From the IMG/VR virus record IMGVR_UViG_3300025941_000018, positions 1-64,000 of that record: 64,000 bases of DNA; one strand, given 5' to 3'. Position numbers and translations under genes: made by a program. Positions 29,496 to 39,083 of this stretch are shown here, piece by piece. The stretch's first letter is position 1. Each line of letters begins with the position of its first letter. Below the pieces are notes generated by a model, which had not been told where the DNA came from, ran no database searches, and was given only the letters and a program-made list of their open reading frames with translations. This DNA comes from a virus.

Positions 29496-29500
29496 CGCCC

Positions 29501-29793
29501 GAACCGTTGCCGTTCAGCGGTGAGAAATGGACGCGAGGGTCGGCAATGGATTGCGGTACTCGGGAACTGATTACTACCGCACACGTGGGCGCGAATGGGC
29601 CAGAGCGTGATTCAGCAGCCTTATACCCAAGGCTGAATAGTCTAGCCCCACCGCTCAAGGTCAAATTTTCGAGCGGAGCCAAAAGCGAAGCGAAGCGACC
29701 GACGGGCTTTCGTAAGAGCAGAGGCAGTAGCGCGTCCCTTAGGGGGCGCTCTGCCTTTTGCTCGCTCTCTCCCTCAAGGCTTTCATCAGTACA
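29501..29793 (+). repeat. 293-bp structured repeat, copy 2
   Basis: Direct repeat of 9019-9311; intergenic and antisense to the late operon. Confidence 0.95.
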
Positions 29794-29833
29794 AGGCGGG
29801 GATCAGGGAAGTACAGGGGATCTTAACCCGTCC

Positions 29834-31138
29834 TTACTGAATAATCTTCGCCCCTCTCCGCAAAGCAATCGGCACATTGACGCCCAACACGTCGTACACC
29901 CGGCCATCAGCCGAGAGCATTCGAACGGTGGCATTTGTGCCAGCGGCTTTCGGAGACTGGACGGACATGATGTTGGGTGCCTGAGCGGTGACCGTCGTTG
30001 TCGGCATTGAGGCTTGCTGAGTGTTGTCGATCATCGGAGCCATCGCGGGATCCTGAACGAGACCGCGTGATGCAACGTCAGGCAATCGGCCAAAGCGAGA
30101 TTCGCCGTACATCTTGGCAACCTGGGCGCGAGGAAGTCGAACCAGACCAGCGCTCGTCGGCCCATAGGCCGCAGCCTCATAATCGGCAGGCTGAACATTT
30201 GCCTGCACGTCAATTGGAGGCTGCATCATCCTAGACACTGTATCAGCGATATTGGTGCCCGATTGCATTCCTCGCCGATCCGCCGGGTGCGTCATTTGAT
30301 ACGTGACTCTGTCAGCCTGGGACATGGCCTCATCTCCGCGTGCAGGACGTTCCCACACGCCGCCCGTCGTCGGAGTCCAGCCATTGGGCGCAATCACATC
30401 GGGAGTTGGGGCACTGCTTGTGCCGGAGTTGCCCGACGGATTTAAGTTTTGGGATTGTGATACGTTTCGATGTGAGATTTGCATTTGCCGTTTATCCGGA
30501 TGCATGGTGGGCGGAGGGTTTAAGGCGCTCATCCAAACCCCAGTTTTCGGGTCCTGATAAACTGTTGCGTGAATCTCTTTGTAAGTCTGATCTTCCGGGT
30601 GAGGAGAGGGTAGAGCGTCTAGTTCAGTTTTGTACTGTTTTTTGCTCTCGACCGCGATGGATAACGGGTCGTTCTCGGCACCGTTTATAAGCTTGCTAAG
30701 CGCGTGACCAATTCCACCATTTTCTTTTATAAATTTATCAATCTCCGCAATATTTGACGTTAGTTCATTTCTTCGGTTCAACACATTGGCGTGCGCGGTA
30801 GAAACGTGGAAATCGCGCTCAAGATTCGCGACTGCATCGGAGTTTATGGCATTTAGACTGCGATCAATTTGCGGGTGCAATCCCGGATATGCACTGGAAG
30901 CGTAGCGCCCGGCTTTTGCGTCCATCAATGCCGAGCGCTCAATCGCCGGAGAATTGCCGGCGCCTTGCATGATTCCCAAAACTTGAAGTGCTCGCCCGCT
31001 AGCTACTCCCATTCCGCGCCCCATCGACTCAAGAGCCTGTTGGTCCATTTGCGCGTATTGAAGTTCACGCTGCTGTCGAAGGGCGGCTTCTCGGTCTGCT
31101 GCTGTTTGCGCAGCGCTGAATGTGTCGCCATAGGCCAT
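29834..31138 (-). CDS. putative internal (ejected) virion protein
   Basis: Ala/Gln-rich, located before the giant gene; C-terminal VRMLSADGRVYDV...ALRRGAKI module. Confidence 0.6.
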   Translation of the reverse strand: MAYGDTFSAAQTAADREAALRQQRELQYAQMDQQALESMGRGMGVASGRALQVLGIMQGAGNSPAIERSALMDAKAGRYASSAYPGLHPQIDRSLNAINSDAVANLERDFHVSTAHANVLNRRNELTSNIAEIDKFIKENGGIGHALSKLINGAENDPLSIAVESKKQYKTELDALPSPHPEDQTYKEIHATVYQDPKTGVWMSALNPPPTMHPDKRQMQISHRNVSQSQNLNPSGNSGTSSAPTPDVIAPNGWTPTTGGVWERPARGDEAMSQADRVTYQMTHPADRRGMQSGTNIADTVSRMMQPPIDVQANVQPADYEAAAYGPTSAGLVRLPRAQVAKMYGESRFGRLPDVASRGLVQDPAMAPMIDNTQQASMPTTTVTAQAPNIMSVQSPKAAGTNATVRMLSADGRVYDVLGVNVPIALRRGAKIIQ

Positions 31139-31146
31139 GGTTGCTT

Positions 31147-31593
31147 TTAATCCTTCTTCATGATGTTTGCAAGTGTGGATTCGTGTTGCACCGTCCAGTT
31201 GATCTCGCGCAAAAGAGGGCTGAGTTCGCGCACAAGCTCAAACCCGCCGCAAATCGACGCCACCGCCAGCACCATCTCCGAACCAGCGAAGCGCAGGGTA
31301 TCTGACCATTGCCGCTTCCAATCACACTTCTCTCCCTCCCACTTAACGCTATCGGCGTAGGCACTGGTGATCGTGGCAACCACCAGTTCTAATTCTCGGG
31401 CGTGTCGATTATAGAAGTTTGCTGAGTATAAAACATTGGCATGAATCAGAAGCTTGATCCAAATCTCAGTCGATTGGACTCGATTGTCGATAAGATCATC
31501 AATCTCGTGGCAATAGTCACCCCACAATCCCAGCCAGTCGCGTGCTTCTGGATTTCCTGCCGCGGCTCGTTCGTGAAGTTCAGGCAAGGTCAC
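31147..31593 (-). CDS. small alpha-helical DDxxD protein (isoprenoid-synthase-like)
   Basis: YCHEIDDLID; NFYNRH; paralogue of the adjacent gene. Confidence 0.65.
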   Translation of the reverse strand: MTLPELHERAAAGNPEARDWLGLWGDYCHEIDDLIDNRVQSTEIWIKLLIHANVLYSANFYNRHARELELVVATITSAYADSVKWEGEKCDWKRQWSDTLRFAGSEMVLAVASICGGFELVRELSPLLREINWTVQHESTLANIMKKD

Positions 31594-32063
31594 GAAACGA
31601 GTTTCCTTTCCGGGGTTCCTGGCACGCCATGTTTATCAGCGTGGTAAACGTAACACATTGCCATCAACGGAGCGCTAATCCGGCGCATGCCCTCCCATCC
31701 GCCACAAATCATAGCCACTGCCAATATCACCTCGTTTCCAGAGTGCCGCAGCACATCGGCCCATTGCCGCTTCCAGGGTTCTGGCTCCTTTTCCCAACGA
31801 ACGCTATCGGTCCACAAGTTCGTTGCGATCAAAACCGGCATTTGTAACTTGGCTACGTGCCGCACGTAAAACGGGTGCGAATAGAATTGGCACGCCATCA
31901 TTAACACACGCAAAATATTTTCAGGTTCCCATTTCTGCTCATCACAAACATCATCCACTGCCCGAAGGTAGCACCCCCAGAGCCGCAAGAAATCTTCCGC
32001 GCCAGCCACGCCATTGGCAATTATTCCGTTCAGTTCCTGAATCGCGCTTGGCTCTTTCATGCC
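31590..32063 (-). CDS. small alpha-helical DDxxD protein (isoprenoid-synthase-like)
   Basis: YLRAVDDVCD; HPFYVRH; WKRQWADVLR; start probably near MKEPS (about 32060) rather than the track start at 32099. Confidence 0.65.
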   Translation of the reverse strand, partial: GMKEPSAIQELNGIIANGVAGAEDFLRLWGCYLRAVDDVCDEQKWEPENILRVLMMACQFYSHPFYVRHVAKLQMPVLIATNLWTDSVRWEKEPEPWKRQWADVLRHSGNEVILAVAMICGGWEGMRRISAPLMAMCYVYHADKHGVPGTPERKLVS

Positions 32064-32833
32064 GCGTTGGCCCGATAAAATTGCTCCTGCACCTTCCATG
32101 CGCCTTTGAGTAGTTGTGGATTTTCAAACACCGCGAAATGATTCTCGCGCCAGTGGGTTTCGGGATAATGCGGACACACTAGGTCGGAGATGGTCCCGAA
32201 ATTCAGATGGTCGTAAGCATCCAGGATGTCAGTCGTGAAAGGTTCTCCTCCAATCGCGTGGTACAGCAGCGAACATGTGTCGTAGAAATAATTGGTTTGC
32301 GGCATGGCCTTGCCGAATAGTTCCGGTGGGCCAACTGGATGAAACATTGGATAAAATAGGTTCGGCCTGGGATTGAATTGTGTTTCGGGAAACTGGCTGA
32401 AATATTTGGCTGTTTCCTCTTTAATCCGCTGCGGGTTCAGCCATAGTAGCGAAGTGTGCAGGCGGGGTCGCGTAATGCATTTGGTGAAGCTATCTCGAAA
32501 CTGAGGAATGTAGCGTCCTGCCATAGGCACGGCGTCAAATTTGCAGTGCTCCACCTTATCCCAGAATACTACATCTGTATCGCATATCCAAAATGGAGCG
32601 TGCTCAATGTGCAGCAGATGCTCAATCCATTCATGGTGGATCGTCACGCCTTTTGGCAGTGGATTAAGTTCCGCCCCCGCTAGAAGTTTCGAGTCTCCCA
32701 CGGCGAACTTTTGAATGTTGTCCCATGGAACAATCTCCGCTGATGGAAAACCGATGCGGATTGTGTCAAAAACCATCGTGCTAGCGCGGACTAACTCCAG
32801 GTTGCGCAGGGTAACTAGAACATGAACATTCAT
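32057..32833 (-). CDS. glycosyltransferase-like protein (GT-A, DxD)
   Basis: FWICDTDVVF, RLHTSLLWLN, YDT, DHL. Confidence 0.65.
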   Translation of the reverse strand: MNVHVLVTLRNLELVRASTMVFDTIRIGFPSAEIVPWDNIQKFAVGDSKLLAGAELNPLPKGVTIHHEWIEHLLHIEHAPFWICDTDVVFWDKVEHCKFDAVPMAGRYIPQFRDSFTKCITRPRLHTSLLWLNPQRIKEETAKYFSQFPETQFNPRPNLFYPMFHPVGPPELFGKAMPQTNYFYDTCSLLYHAIGGEPFTTDILDAYDHLNFGTISDLVCPHYPETHWRENHFAVFENPQLLKGAWKVQEQFYRANAA

Positions 32834-33180
32834 TGCTCAATATCGTCTGTCGCGCTGGCTGGCTTGCCATCGCCCGTCCACCATTCGAAATTAAGGAACC
32901 AGCCGTCCCCGCGGTCGGCATGAGCGCCATGCGCTTGCGCAGCGGTAACCGTATAGAACCGCACCCACGGCAAGGGGCGGTGTTTATTGGAGCCATCGCG
33001 CGCAACGGATAGGTTTCGGTTTAGGAATACGAAACGGCTGATGATATTGGGGTGCCGGTGCGCTGGGATGGAGTGACCGAATGGACATGTCCAAAGTTCA
33101 ATGCGGAGTCGGCCAATTGCCAAAAACAGCCAACCACTGCATTGTGGAGCTATGCTCGGTGCTGGAAGACGGGGAAACAT
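32830..33180 (-). CDS. cupin-fold protein
   Basis: IPAHRHPN...FYTVTAAQAHGA...FLNFE. Confidence 0.6.
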   Translation of the reverse strand: MFPRLPAPSIAPQCSGWLFLAIGRLRIELWTCPFGHSIPAHRHPNIISRFVFLNRNLSVARDGSNKHRPLPWVRFYTVTAAQAHGAHADRGDGWFLNFEWWTGDGKPASATDDIEQ

Positions 33181-33953
33181 CAGTAGGATTGCGCTGCGCT
33201 GCTCATAGTGGAAGCCATTTTGGCTTCGTCCTTATCCTGATAGCTCTGCAAATCGTTCAGGAATTTGCCCCAGCGCTGCATCCCTGTGGTTTTCTGCTGT
33301 ACCCCGTAAATGTTGTTGGCCTCATCTATGGCGGTGAGGCTTCCGAGATTTCCAGCGTTCGCTCCGAACATTTGTTGGCGTGCGGTGGCAGGGACGAGGC
33401 TGCGCTGCGCTAGAGTGTCAGCCATTCCCTGACGAGTACCAGCCATGCCGGTTTGCAGGCCCAACCGGCGATAATAATCCTGGCTTGCCTGATCTGCATC
33501 CTGCACCTGGGCTTGTAGTTGATATGGCAGCACCACCCCGGCGAGCAATCGGTCTCGGTAGGTGCCCCCGCTCCCATCTGATCCGACCATTGAGCGGTTG
33601 GCGGTAGCTTGCGCAAATCCCGACCGCCATTTGTTCATGTCCGTTGCAGCGCTCAATCTCCGCGCTCGAAGCCCCGCTTGGTCAGTTTCAAAACCACCGT
33701 CATATAGTCGATTGAGCGGGGCCATCTCCTCTTCGGTGCGCTTTCCGGCATCGGCGCTGCCTGCCAGGTATTTGGAGATATAATCTCCCAGAGCCGCCTG
33801 TCCTGCCGTGCGGTTCGAGTCAAAATCCCCCAGCAGCGCATTCTCGCGGGAGGCAATGCCAGGGCTCTTGGTATTCCTCAATGTGCGAAACTTCGGGTCT
33901 CCCGAAAAATCGTTAAACGCGCTGCCGCCGATTCCGAAAAGACTTCCAGTCAT
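33180..33953 (-). CDS. putative internal virion/DNA pilot protein
   Basis: Gly/Ala/Gln-rich, follows the GNAT-like gene as in P22/T7-like layouts. Confidence 0.55.
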   Translation of the reverse strand: MTGSLFGIGGSAFNDFSGDPKFRTLRNTKSPGIASRENALLGDFDSNRTAGQAALGDYISKYLAGSADAGKRTEEEMAPLNRLYDGGFETDQAGLRARRLSAATDMNKWRSGFAQATANRSMVGSDGSGGTYRDRLLAGVVLPYQLQAQVQDADQASQDYYRRLGLQTGMAGTRQGMADTLAQRSLVPATARQQMFGANAGNLGSLTAIDEANNIYGVQQKTTGMQRWGKFLNDLQSYQDKDEAKMASTMSSAAQSY

Positions 33954-34018
33954 AGATTAGCCTTTGACGCTCTGAATCATGTGCTCATTTAGCCCGATAA
34001 TGACTGCTTGGCAATAAA

Positions 34019-34435
34019 TTAAACGTCAAAGCACCAACTGCCTTCAAATTCCCGGCCAGCTAATTTACGGTAATACTTGCCGATCCTGTGGTTGGGCGGA
34101 TGACTAGCGGCAATAACGCGCACGGCCCCGCCACGCTCGCATTCATCCATCAACGCCTCGAAAATCATTATCTCCCGTGCTCGTTCAAAACACCAAAATT
34201 GAACATACGCAAACTTTACCGACTTGTTAAATGGAAACTGGTGTGCAAAAGCGCCAGCGCAGGAACGCGGACCGACCAGGCAGATACCCCGCAATACTGT
34301 ATCCTTTACCGTCTCGACCGCCGATGGGTAATCGAACGGAACCTGGTAAGCCGCAATCCCAATTTTGGCGTAGAATCGGCCAAGCATCTGCGCCACTCGC
34401 TCAACGTCGCCGAGTTGTGCGCGGCGAAACGTCAT
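34019..34435 (-). CDS. GNAT-fold acetyltransferase-like protein
   Basis: [14 protein letters not shown]...FW...RIGKYYRKL; position after the tail gene. Confidence 0.65.
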   Translation of the reverse strand: MTFRRAQLGDVERVAQMLGRFYAKIGIAAYQVPFDYPSAVETVKDTVLRGICLVGPRSCAGAFAHQFPFNKSVKFAYVQFWCFERAREIMIFEALMDECERGGAVRVIAASHPPNHRIGKYYRKLAGREFEGSWCFDV

Positions 34436-34695
34436 TCGGCAGGTTCGTAGGTTGCCGCGAAGATGTCAGGCTTGCAAGGATACAGCTCGCCTTTCACCCC
34501 CCTGATTATCCAGTCGCCGACGTTGGCAGTCATGGTTCCTTCCATCGTTTTAATGGAAAGAGTGTCACCACTAAGTTGAATCACATCGCGTTCTTCCGCT
34601 TCAGCAAACCACATTGGCCCAGGAGGGCAGACTATCTTTTTGTTGAGCCATTGGACGGCTTCGATGACGACGGGTTTCTTGCGATATTTTGCCAT
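34432..34695 (-). CDS. conserved phage protein
   Basis: [14 protein letters not shown]...[20 protein letters not shown]. Confidence 0.85.
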   Translation of the reverse strand: MAKYRKKPVVIEAVQWLNKKIVCPPGPMWFAEAEERDVIQLSGDTLSIKTMEGTMTANVGDWIIRGVKGELYPCKPDIFAATYEPAE

Positions 34696-34701
34696 ATAAA
34701 A

Positions 34702-34911
34702 TTAAGGCTTACTGACTGCCGCCTGTCCCGGCACTCGCTCGACGAGTTGGCGCTCGAAGTTTTGTCGCCAAACTTCCATTTCGGTGTTGAACTTCGCGAC
34801 ATCGTCGGAAGTTAAAACCTTTCCGTTGGCAACCGACAGCTTCGGCATAGCCGGCACGCGCAGGGCGTTGGTGGCGAGCGGAGACGAGAATTTGGCGAGC
34901 GGGTTAGCCAT
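34702..34911 (-). CDS. hypothetical protein (69 aa)
   Basis: Operon context. Confidence 0.55.
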   Translation of the reverse strand: MANPLAKFSSPLATNALRVPAMPKLSVANGKVLTSDDVAKFNTEMEVWRQNFERQLVERVPGQAAVSKP

Positions 34912-35263
34912 TGCAGACGGGCCTTCCGGTGTTTGGAATTACTTGAACACAGCGGTCGTCCCAGAGTTCGACCATCCCAAAATCCTTGACGTTTGTAATC
35001 TCCAATACCTGACCAACGTGCTTTGCGCACCAGTTCTGAATAGGAGTTATCGCATCCTCAACGCCTCCACCGACCAGCGGCGCTCCATGACCATGAACGC
35101 GGGCTGTGAAGATTTTTACGGTCTTACCTTCCGACAACCACCCCTTTACACGATCGAGCATTGCGGGAATGGGTTCTCCTATGTCCGTTACGCCCTTCCA
35201 CCCGCCGTAGAAGGCGAGAGTGCCATCGAGATCCACGCCTATCCACCCTTGATTCATAGTCAT
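34904..35263 (-). CDS. HAD-superfamily phosphatase (PNKP-phosphatase-like)
   Basis: WIGVDLDGTLA, IFTAR, TNVK, LWDDR. Confidence 0.85.
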   Translation of the reverse strand: MTMNQGWIGVDLDGTLAFYGGWKGVTDIGEPIPAMLDRVKGWLSEGKTVKIFTARVHGHGAPLVGGGVEDAITPIQNWCAKHVGQVLEITNVKDFGMVELWDDRCVQVIPNTGRPVCNG

Positions 35264-37536
35264 CCCCATTTGTTGCCGATTTCAATTCTTCCCACCGAAC
35301 CGATGACCTTCGAAAGCAAGGCGTTGCCGCCCGTTCCGGCAATCTTCAATTCGAAATGTAGAATCGGTCCTTTGCGGAAGAATCTCCAGGTCAGGTTCTC
35401 CGCCGGGATGGTGTTCGCCGTAAGATGCTGCGCTGGCGTGCGTGCGGTCAGAATCCGCAAAGGCTGCAGGCTGTGCTGAAACCAGACTATTCGCGCCGTG
35501 TCGAAATTGGCATCCGCAGGCTGGCCTGAAATGCCGATGCGCAGCCCGATGTTAGTAGGGGTCGCCTGAACTTCCGCGACGTAATCCAACTGGAATTGGT
35601 TCGCTTCCACCCAGGCGCCGTCCACGAAGACCTGCGCCAATCTCAAAATCGAATCATACCCGGCCAGGATGTAACTGCCCACCGAGGATGTATAGCCATC
35701 GGTGCCGACATCACCGGTCGCCGTCGGGTTAGCGCAGTTCTCGCGGTAAAACACCGTCGCGCCAGCCATTTGCTTCAAACACCAGTCCACTGAATCAGCC
35801 ATGACTAACAAGCTGGGGCCTTCGCACTTCGGGCATTGGTCATCCAGCTTGCGATCTCCCAGCAGGGCGCAAAGCGAATGTTCACTCGGGTTCGCCTGGT
35901 TCCAGTCCTCCACTGTTATCGCCGGGTCCAATGACTGATCGACGTCCGAATAAAACCGGTCAGGCACAAATGCCGCTGTGGTCGGCGGAAACACGCGGGG
36001 GAGACCTTCTGACACGTAATCGTAGCCCAATGCTCGAAGGCCTGCCAGATCGCAAATCTGGTTCTCCAGGATGAAATCGCGAATGGTCGGCACGGCGGCC
36101 GGGCGATGGTTGCACAGCGCCGTAAACCCGTGGTCGATGACATCCGCCACTTCATACTTCAGATTTAGCCTTATTCCGCGATTCGGGCAGTTATTGGCCA
36201 CGCCTTCGTCTGCGCTGAAAATCAGAATTTCATCCCCTAACTGTCCTGCGATATGAACCTGGCAGTTGGTCGAGTCGATGACGTATCCGCTGTCATCCGG
36301 CCCGTACAGCCATTTGCCGGCGCGATCCATCCATTCCACCCGCTCAGGTGCCGACATGAACTGGCTGAAGGAATAGATGCCATCTTCGGCCATGTAAATG
36401 TGCCCGTGCGAAATCGTGTTGCTGAGCGTGTTCGGATACTTCAGCAGGCCTTTGCCCTTATTGTCTTCGCCGTTGTAACAGCGCCGGAAGGCAAAGCTTT
36501 CTTCACCGCCGACCGCCGTCATCTCCCAGATGCCGTGGGTCGTGTAGATCAGGAAACCGTTCACCGACGGTGCGCCGCCTAGTATCCGCTCGTGGGTCTG
36601 AAGGTCGAACGAACCAGTGATGCTGTCGGCCTGCGCCGGGTCAAATCCCAGCGGGTTTAAGTAGTCGCTCCACAATAGCCGATACCCGTAACGCTGGTTG
36701 TCCATCGTGACATCGGCAAAGAACAAACAGTTTTTCCACACCCAGACCACCGCAGCGCGCGTCAGGTTAATAAGGTCCAGGTCGGGGAAAGTCTGCAGCC
36801 CGGGGATGACCTTGGGCATGATATGGCCACCACCGTCATAGACAAACGTGCCCGCCGGGACCGTCGCGCCGCCCGCTCCAACCGAAAACCGATTCAATGT
36901 CACCGGGTTTACTCCTGGGCCAAACGTGTCGTAGGTAATCCCATTGATCGTAAATGCCGTGGTGATTGGAATAGCCTCGGGATAATTGAAGTTCACTGCC
37001 ACGGTCCCGCCACCAGCCGGCTCAACGAAGTTCTCCGTCACCATGACATCGAGACTCGGGGGCTGCTCGAGGATGTGATACATCGGCTTGTCGTAGTCAT
37101 TGGTGAAAATCAAGTAATCGCCGAGCTGAGCAGCCTTGAACCGTGGCGCCGCAGCACTGGTCACCAGGTCGCCACCGTAGCCGCTGCCAATCATCTTCCA
37201 ATTGCCGCTATACCCGTTCAGCTTGAACACTGCCCCTTGTTTGGCCGCCCATAATGACCGGACCTTTTGTGTCGATTCAGCTTCGAAGAGCAGCGTCAAT
37301 GGTTGGCGGATCGAGTTGCTATCGAACGCCAGCAGTTGGTCGTGGAAATCTTCGTTGTTGTAGTCGCTGGTGCGGTTCAGGAACTTGTCCCAGCCGACCC
37401 CTCGGCGAAGCTTGCCCTGGCCGACGCATTGCAGGTTCTGCCGCATCCGTAGCCCATTGGGTGGAATTGCGTCAGGGCTGGACTTAACATCCAGCGGACC
37501 AGTCAGTGGGGCCAGTGGGATGCCGCGGACGCTCAT
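35260..37536 (-). CDS. tail tubular/nozzle protein (P22 gp10/T7 gp12-like)
   Basis: 758 aa beta-rich; N-terminal GPLD...QN...GKLRRG.G; RLLWSD; position. Confidence 0.65.
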   Translation of the reverse strand: MSVRGIPLAPLTGPLDVKSSPDAIPPNGLRMRQNLQCVGQGKLRRGVGWDKFLNRTSDYNNEDFHDQLLAFDSNSIRQPLTLLFEAESTQKVRSLWAAKQGAVFKLNGYSGNWKMIGSGYGGDLVTSAAAPRFKAAQLGDYLIFTNDYDKPMYHILEQPPSLDVMVTENFVEPAGGGTVAVNFNYPEAIPITTAFTINGITYDTFGPGVNPVTLNRFSVGAGGATVPAGTFVYDGGGHIMPKVIPGLQTFPDLDLINLTRAAVVWVWKNCLFFADVTMDNQRYGYRLLWSDYLNPLGFDPAQADSITGSFDLQTHERILGGAPSVNGFLIYTTHGIWEMTAVGGEESFAFRRCYNGEDNKGKGLLKYPNTLSNTISHGHIYMAEDGIYSFSQFMSAPERVEWMDRAGKWLYGPDDSGYVIDSTNCQVHIAGQLGDEILIFSADEGVANNCPNRGIRLNLKYEVADVIDHGFTALCNHRPAAVPTIRDFILENQICDLAGLRALGYDYVSEGLPRVFPPTTAAFVPDRFYSDVDQSLDPAITVEDWNQANPSEHSLCALLGDRKLDDQCPKCEGPSLLVMADSVDWCLKQMAGATVFYRENCANPTATGDVGTDGYTSSVGSYILAGYDSILRLAQVFVDGAWVEANQFQLDYVAEVQATPTNIGLRIGISGQPADANFDTARIVWFQHSLQPLRILTARTPAQHLTANTIPAENLTWRFFRKGPILHFELKIAGTGGNALLSKVIGSVGRIEIGNKWG

Positions 37537-37537
37537 A

Positions 37538-38278
37538 CTATGTTTTAATATAGTGGTATGCGCCTATCAGTGGCGGAAGGTTATTGTGCCCAGAAACAGG
37601 CGGCACCGGGGAAGGCTGGTTCATGGTCGCCGTGCGAGCGTAATTGCCCAAGGTGTGACCGAGCAAACTGTCAAGCGTGCTGACCGCTGGAGAATCTCCC
37701 GCGCCCGTGCGTTCGCAGGTTCCGGTTGGGGGGACCGCTCCCGGGCTTCCGGTCAGCAACCATGCCGCAGTGTTACCGCCAGACAGATCGAACCGGCCAA
37801 CGATATGCACGTGGTCCGGAGTGACCGATTCCTCCGCCGGCAGAAGCACATGCAATTCTTCCCCCTTCTCTTCGCCAATTCCGATTGAGTCACCACTGTC
37901 GTAAGTGCCCACCCCGGCCAGGGACCGAGTGCGGCAGTCCGGAAGCACGAATTCCAACGGGTCGCTCGATGTTCCGAAGCTGTCGCCGATCGCGGCATAC
38001 AATAGCGGGTAAGTTGCTTTGACCACTTGCCGCCCATCGCACAGCAGCCAGTTGTCGTCGTCTCCGAGCAGCACGAAGCTGCTCATAATCATTCCGGTCG
38101 CGAAGATCTCGCGCTTTGCGGCTGGGGAAATTTTTCCCGTCTCAGTAGTGAACCAAGACATCCACTGAAAAATTCGCACGGGGAGTTGGAGTAAAGTCTT
38201 AACGAAGTTCGAACACATCGTTGCCGACGGATCGCTAATCATCGATTTCCAAACGGAATTTACAACAGGTGCAGCCAT
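37538..38278 (-). CDS. tail collar domain protein
   Basis: WLLCDG...TYPLLYAAIG..FG...FVLPDCR...HNNLPP...YIKT. Confidence 0.85.
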   Translation of the reverse strand: MAAPVVNSVWKSMISDPSATMCSNFVKTLLQLPVRIFQWMSWFTTETGKISPAAKREIFATGMIMSSFVLLGDDDNWLLCDGRQVVKATYPLLYAAIGDSFGTSSDPLEFVLPDCRTRSLAGVGTYDSGDSIGIGEEKGEELHVLLPAEESVTPDHVHIVGRFDLSGGNTAAWLLTGSPGAVPPTGTCERTGAGDSPAVSTLDSLLGHTLGNYARTATMNQPSPVPPVSGHNNLPPLIGAYHYIKT

Positions 38279-38362
38279 GTCCGCTTATACGCCCTTGCGC
38301 CAAATCGCGCAACTGATTTTACCACATCATCTCATCGCCAGCCTTGGGGATTTGGTCATTGT

Positions 38363-38827
38363 TTAGGGATAGACGAGGATTTCGATACCATCACCAATCA
38401 CTGCATTAAGATGACCATCGGCGGCATCTCCGTTTTCATCGGATGTAAAAATCTCCACAACATCATCGTTTTCTAAATTTACAGTCTGATTTCCGCCGTT
38501 GAAGCTCATTCTAGTCGAAGCCAAAACCATGAATACTTTTCGGCTAGCAAATACTCCAGCGAGCGTTCCGTCATAAGTCCCTGCGGACGCTCTGGTCCAG
38601 ACTAATGTTCCACCCAGAGAATTCTCCAACACCGTTGCCACCGGAGCATCTGTCCCTGATTGAGAGAGCAAAGCTCGGTAAACTTTGACGCCACCGTTGA
38701 GCAGGGATTTGAGTTCGTCAATCGTCATGTTATCGACTGCTGGCGCTCCGTCTGGATTGGTTACTTTGGTGATGAGATCGGTGAGCGCAAAGGTCGTCGC
38801 GCGCGGCAATAGTCGCATCTTCGGCAT
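38363..38827 (-). CDS. putative tail appendage protein
   Basis: N-terminal LPRATT...D anchor motif; KVYRALLSQSGTDAP...IEILVYP. Confidence 0.6.
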   Translation of the reverse strand: MPKMRLLPRATTFALTDLITKVTNPDGAPAVDNMTIDELKSLLNGGVKVYRALLSQSGTDAPVATVLENSLGGTLVWTRASAGTYDGTLAGVFASRKVFMVLASTRMSFNGGNQTVNLENDDVVEIFTSDENGDAADGHLNAVIGDGIEILVYP

Positions 38828-38831
38828 AAAA

Positions 38832-39059
38832 TTATTCGATTAAAATGGGTTCTCCATCCTCGGTCAGAATTTCCTCACCGTCTTCGGTAAGAATCGCGTC
38901 GGGATCGACATCGCCTTCATCAGACCCGCCGCCAGCCGCGCCGGTCCATCCAGTTGGAGGACTTTGCGACTCTCCGCCCGAATGACGAGCACACTCATGG
39001 GCGGGGTCTGGATGCCGCAAAGAGGGCACATAGTTGATCCCATTACCGTCGCCGTTCAT
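38832..39059 (-). CDS. HPDPAHEC-module adaptor peptide
   Basis: N-terminus shared with the 62005 and 61586 ORFs; C-terminal ILTEDGEEILTEDG repeat. Confidence 0.75.
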   Translation of the reverse strand: MNGDGNGINYVPSLRHPDPAHECARHSGGESQSPPTGWTGAAGGGSDEGDVDPDAILTEDGEEILTEDGEPILIE

Positions 39060-39083
39060 GGCGGCACATTACGCCGCTCGCGG

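Noticed and set aside
9019-29793. Repeats as terminal repeats, att sites or a collapsed-assembly artefact
   Set aside because: Both copies are internal with intact phage genes on all sides, are far longer than att cores, and differ at five positions
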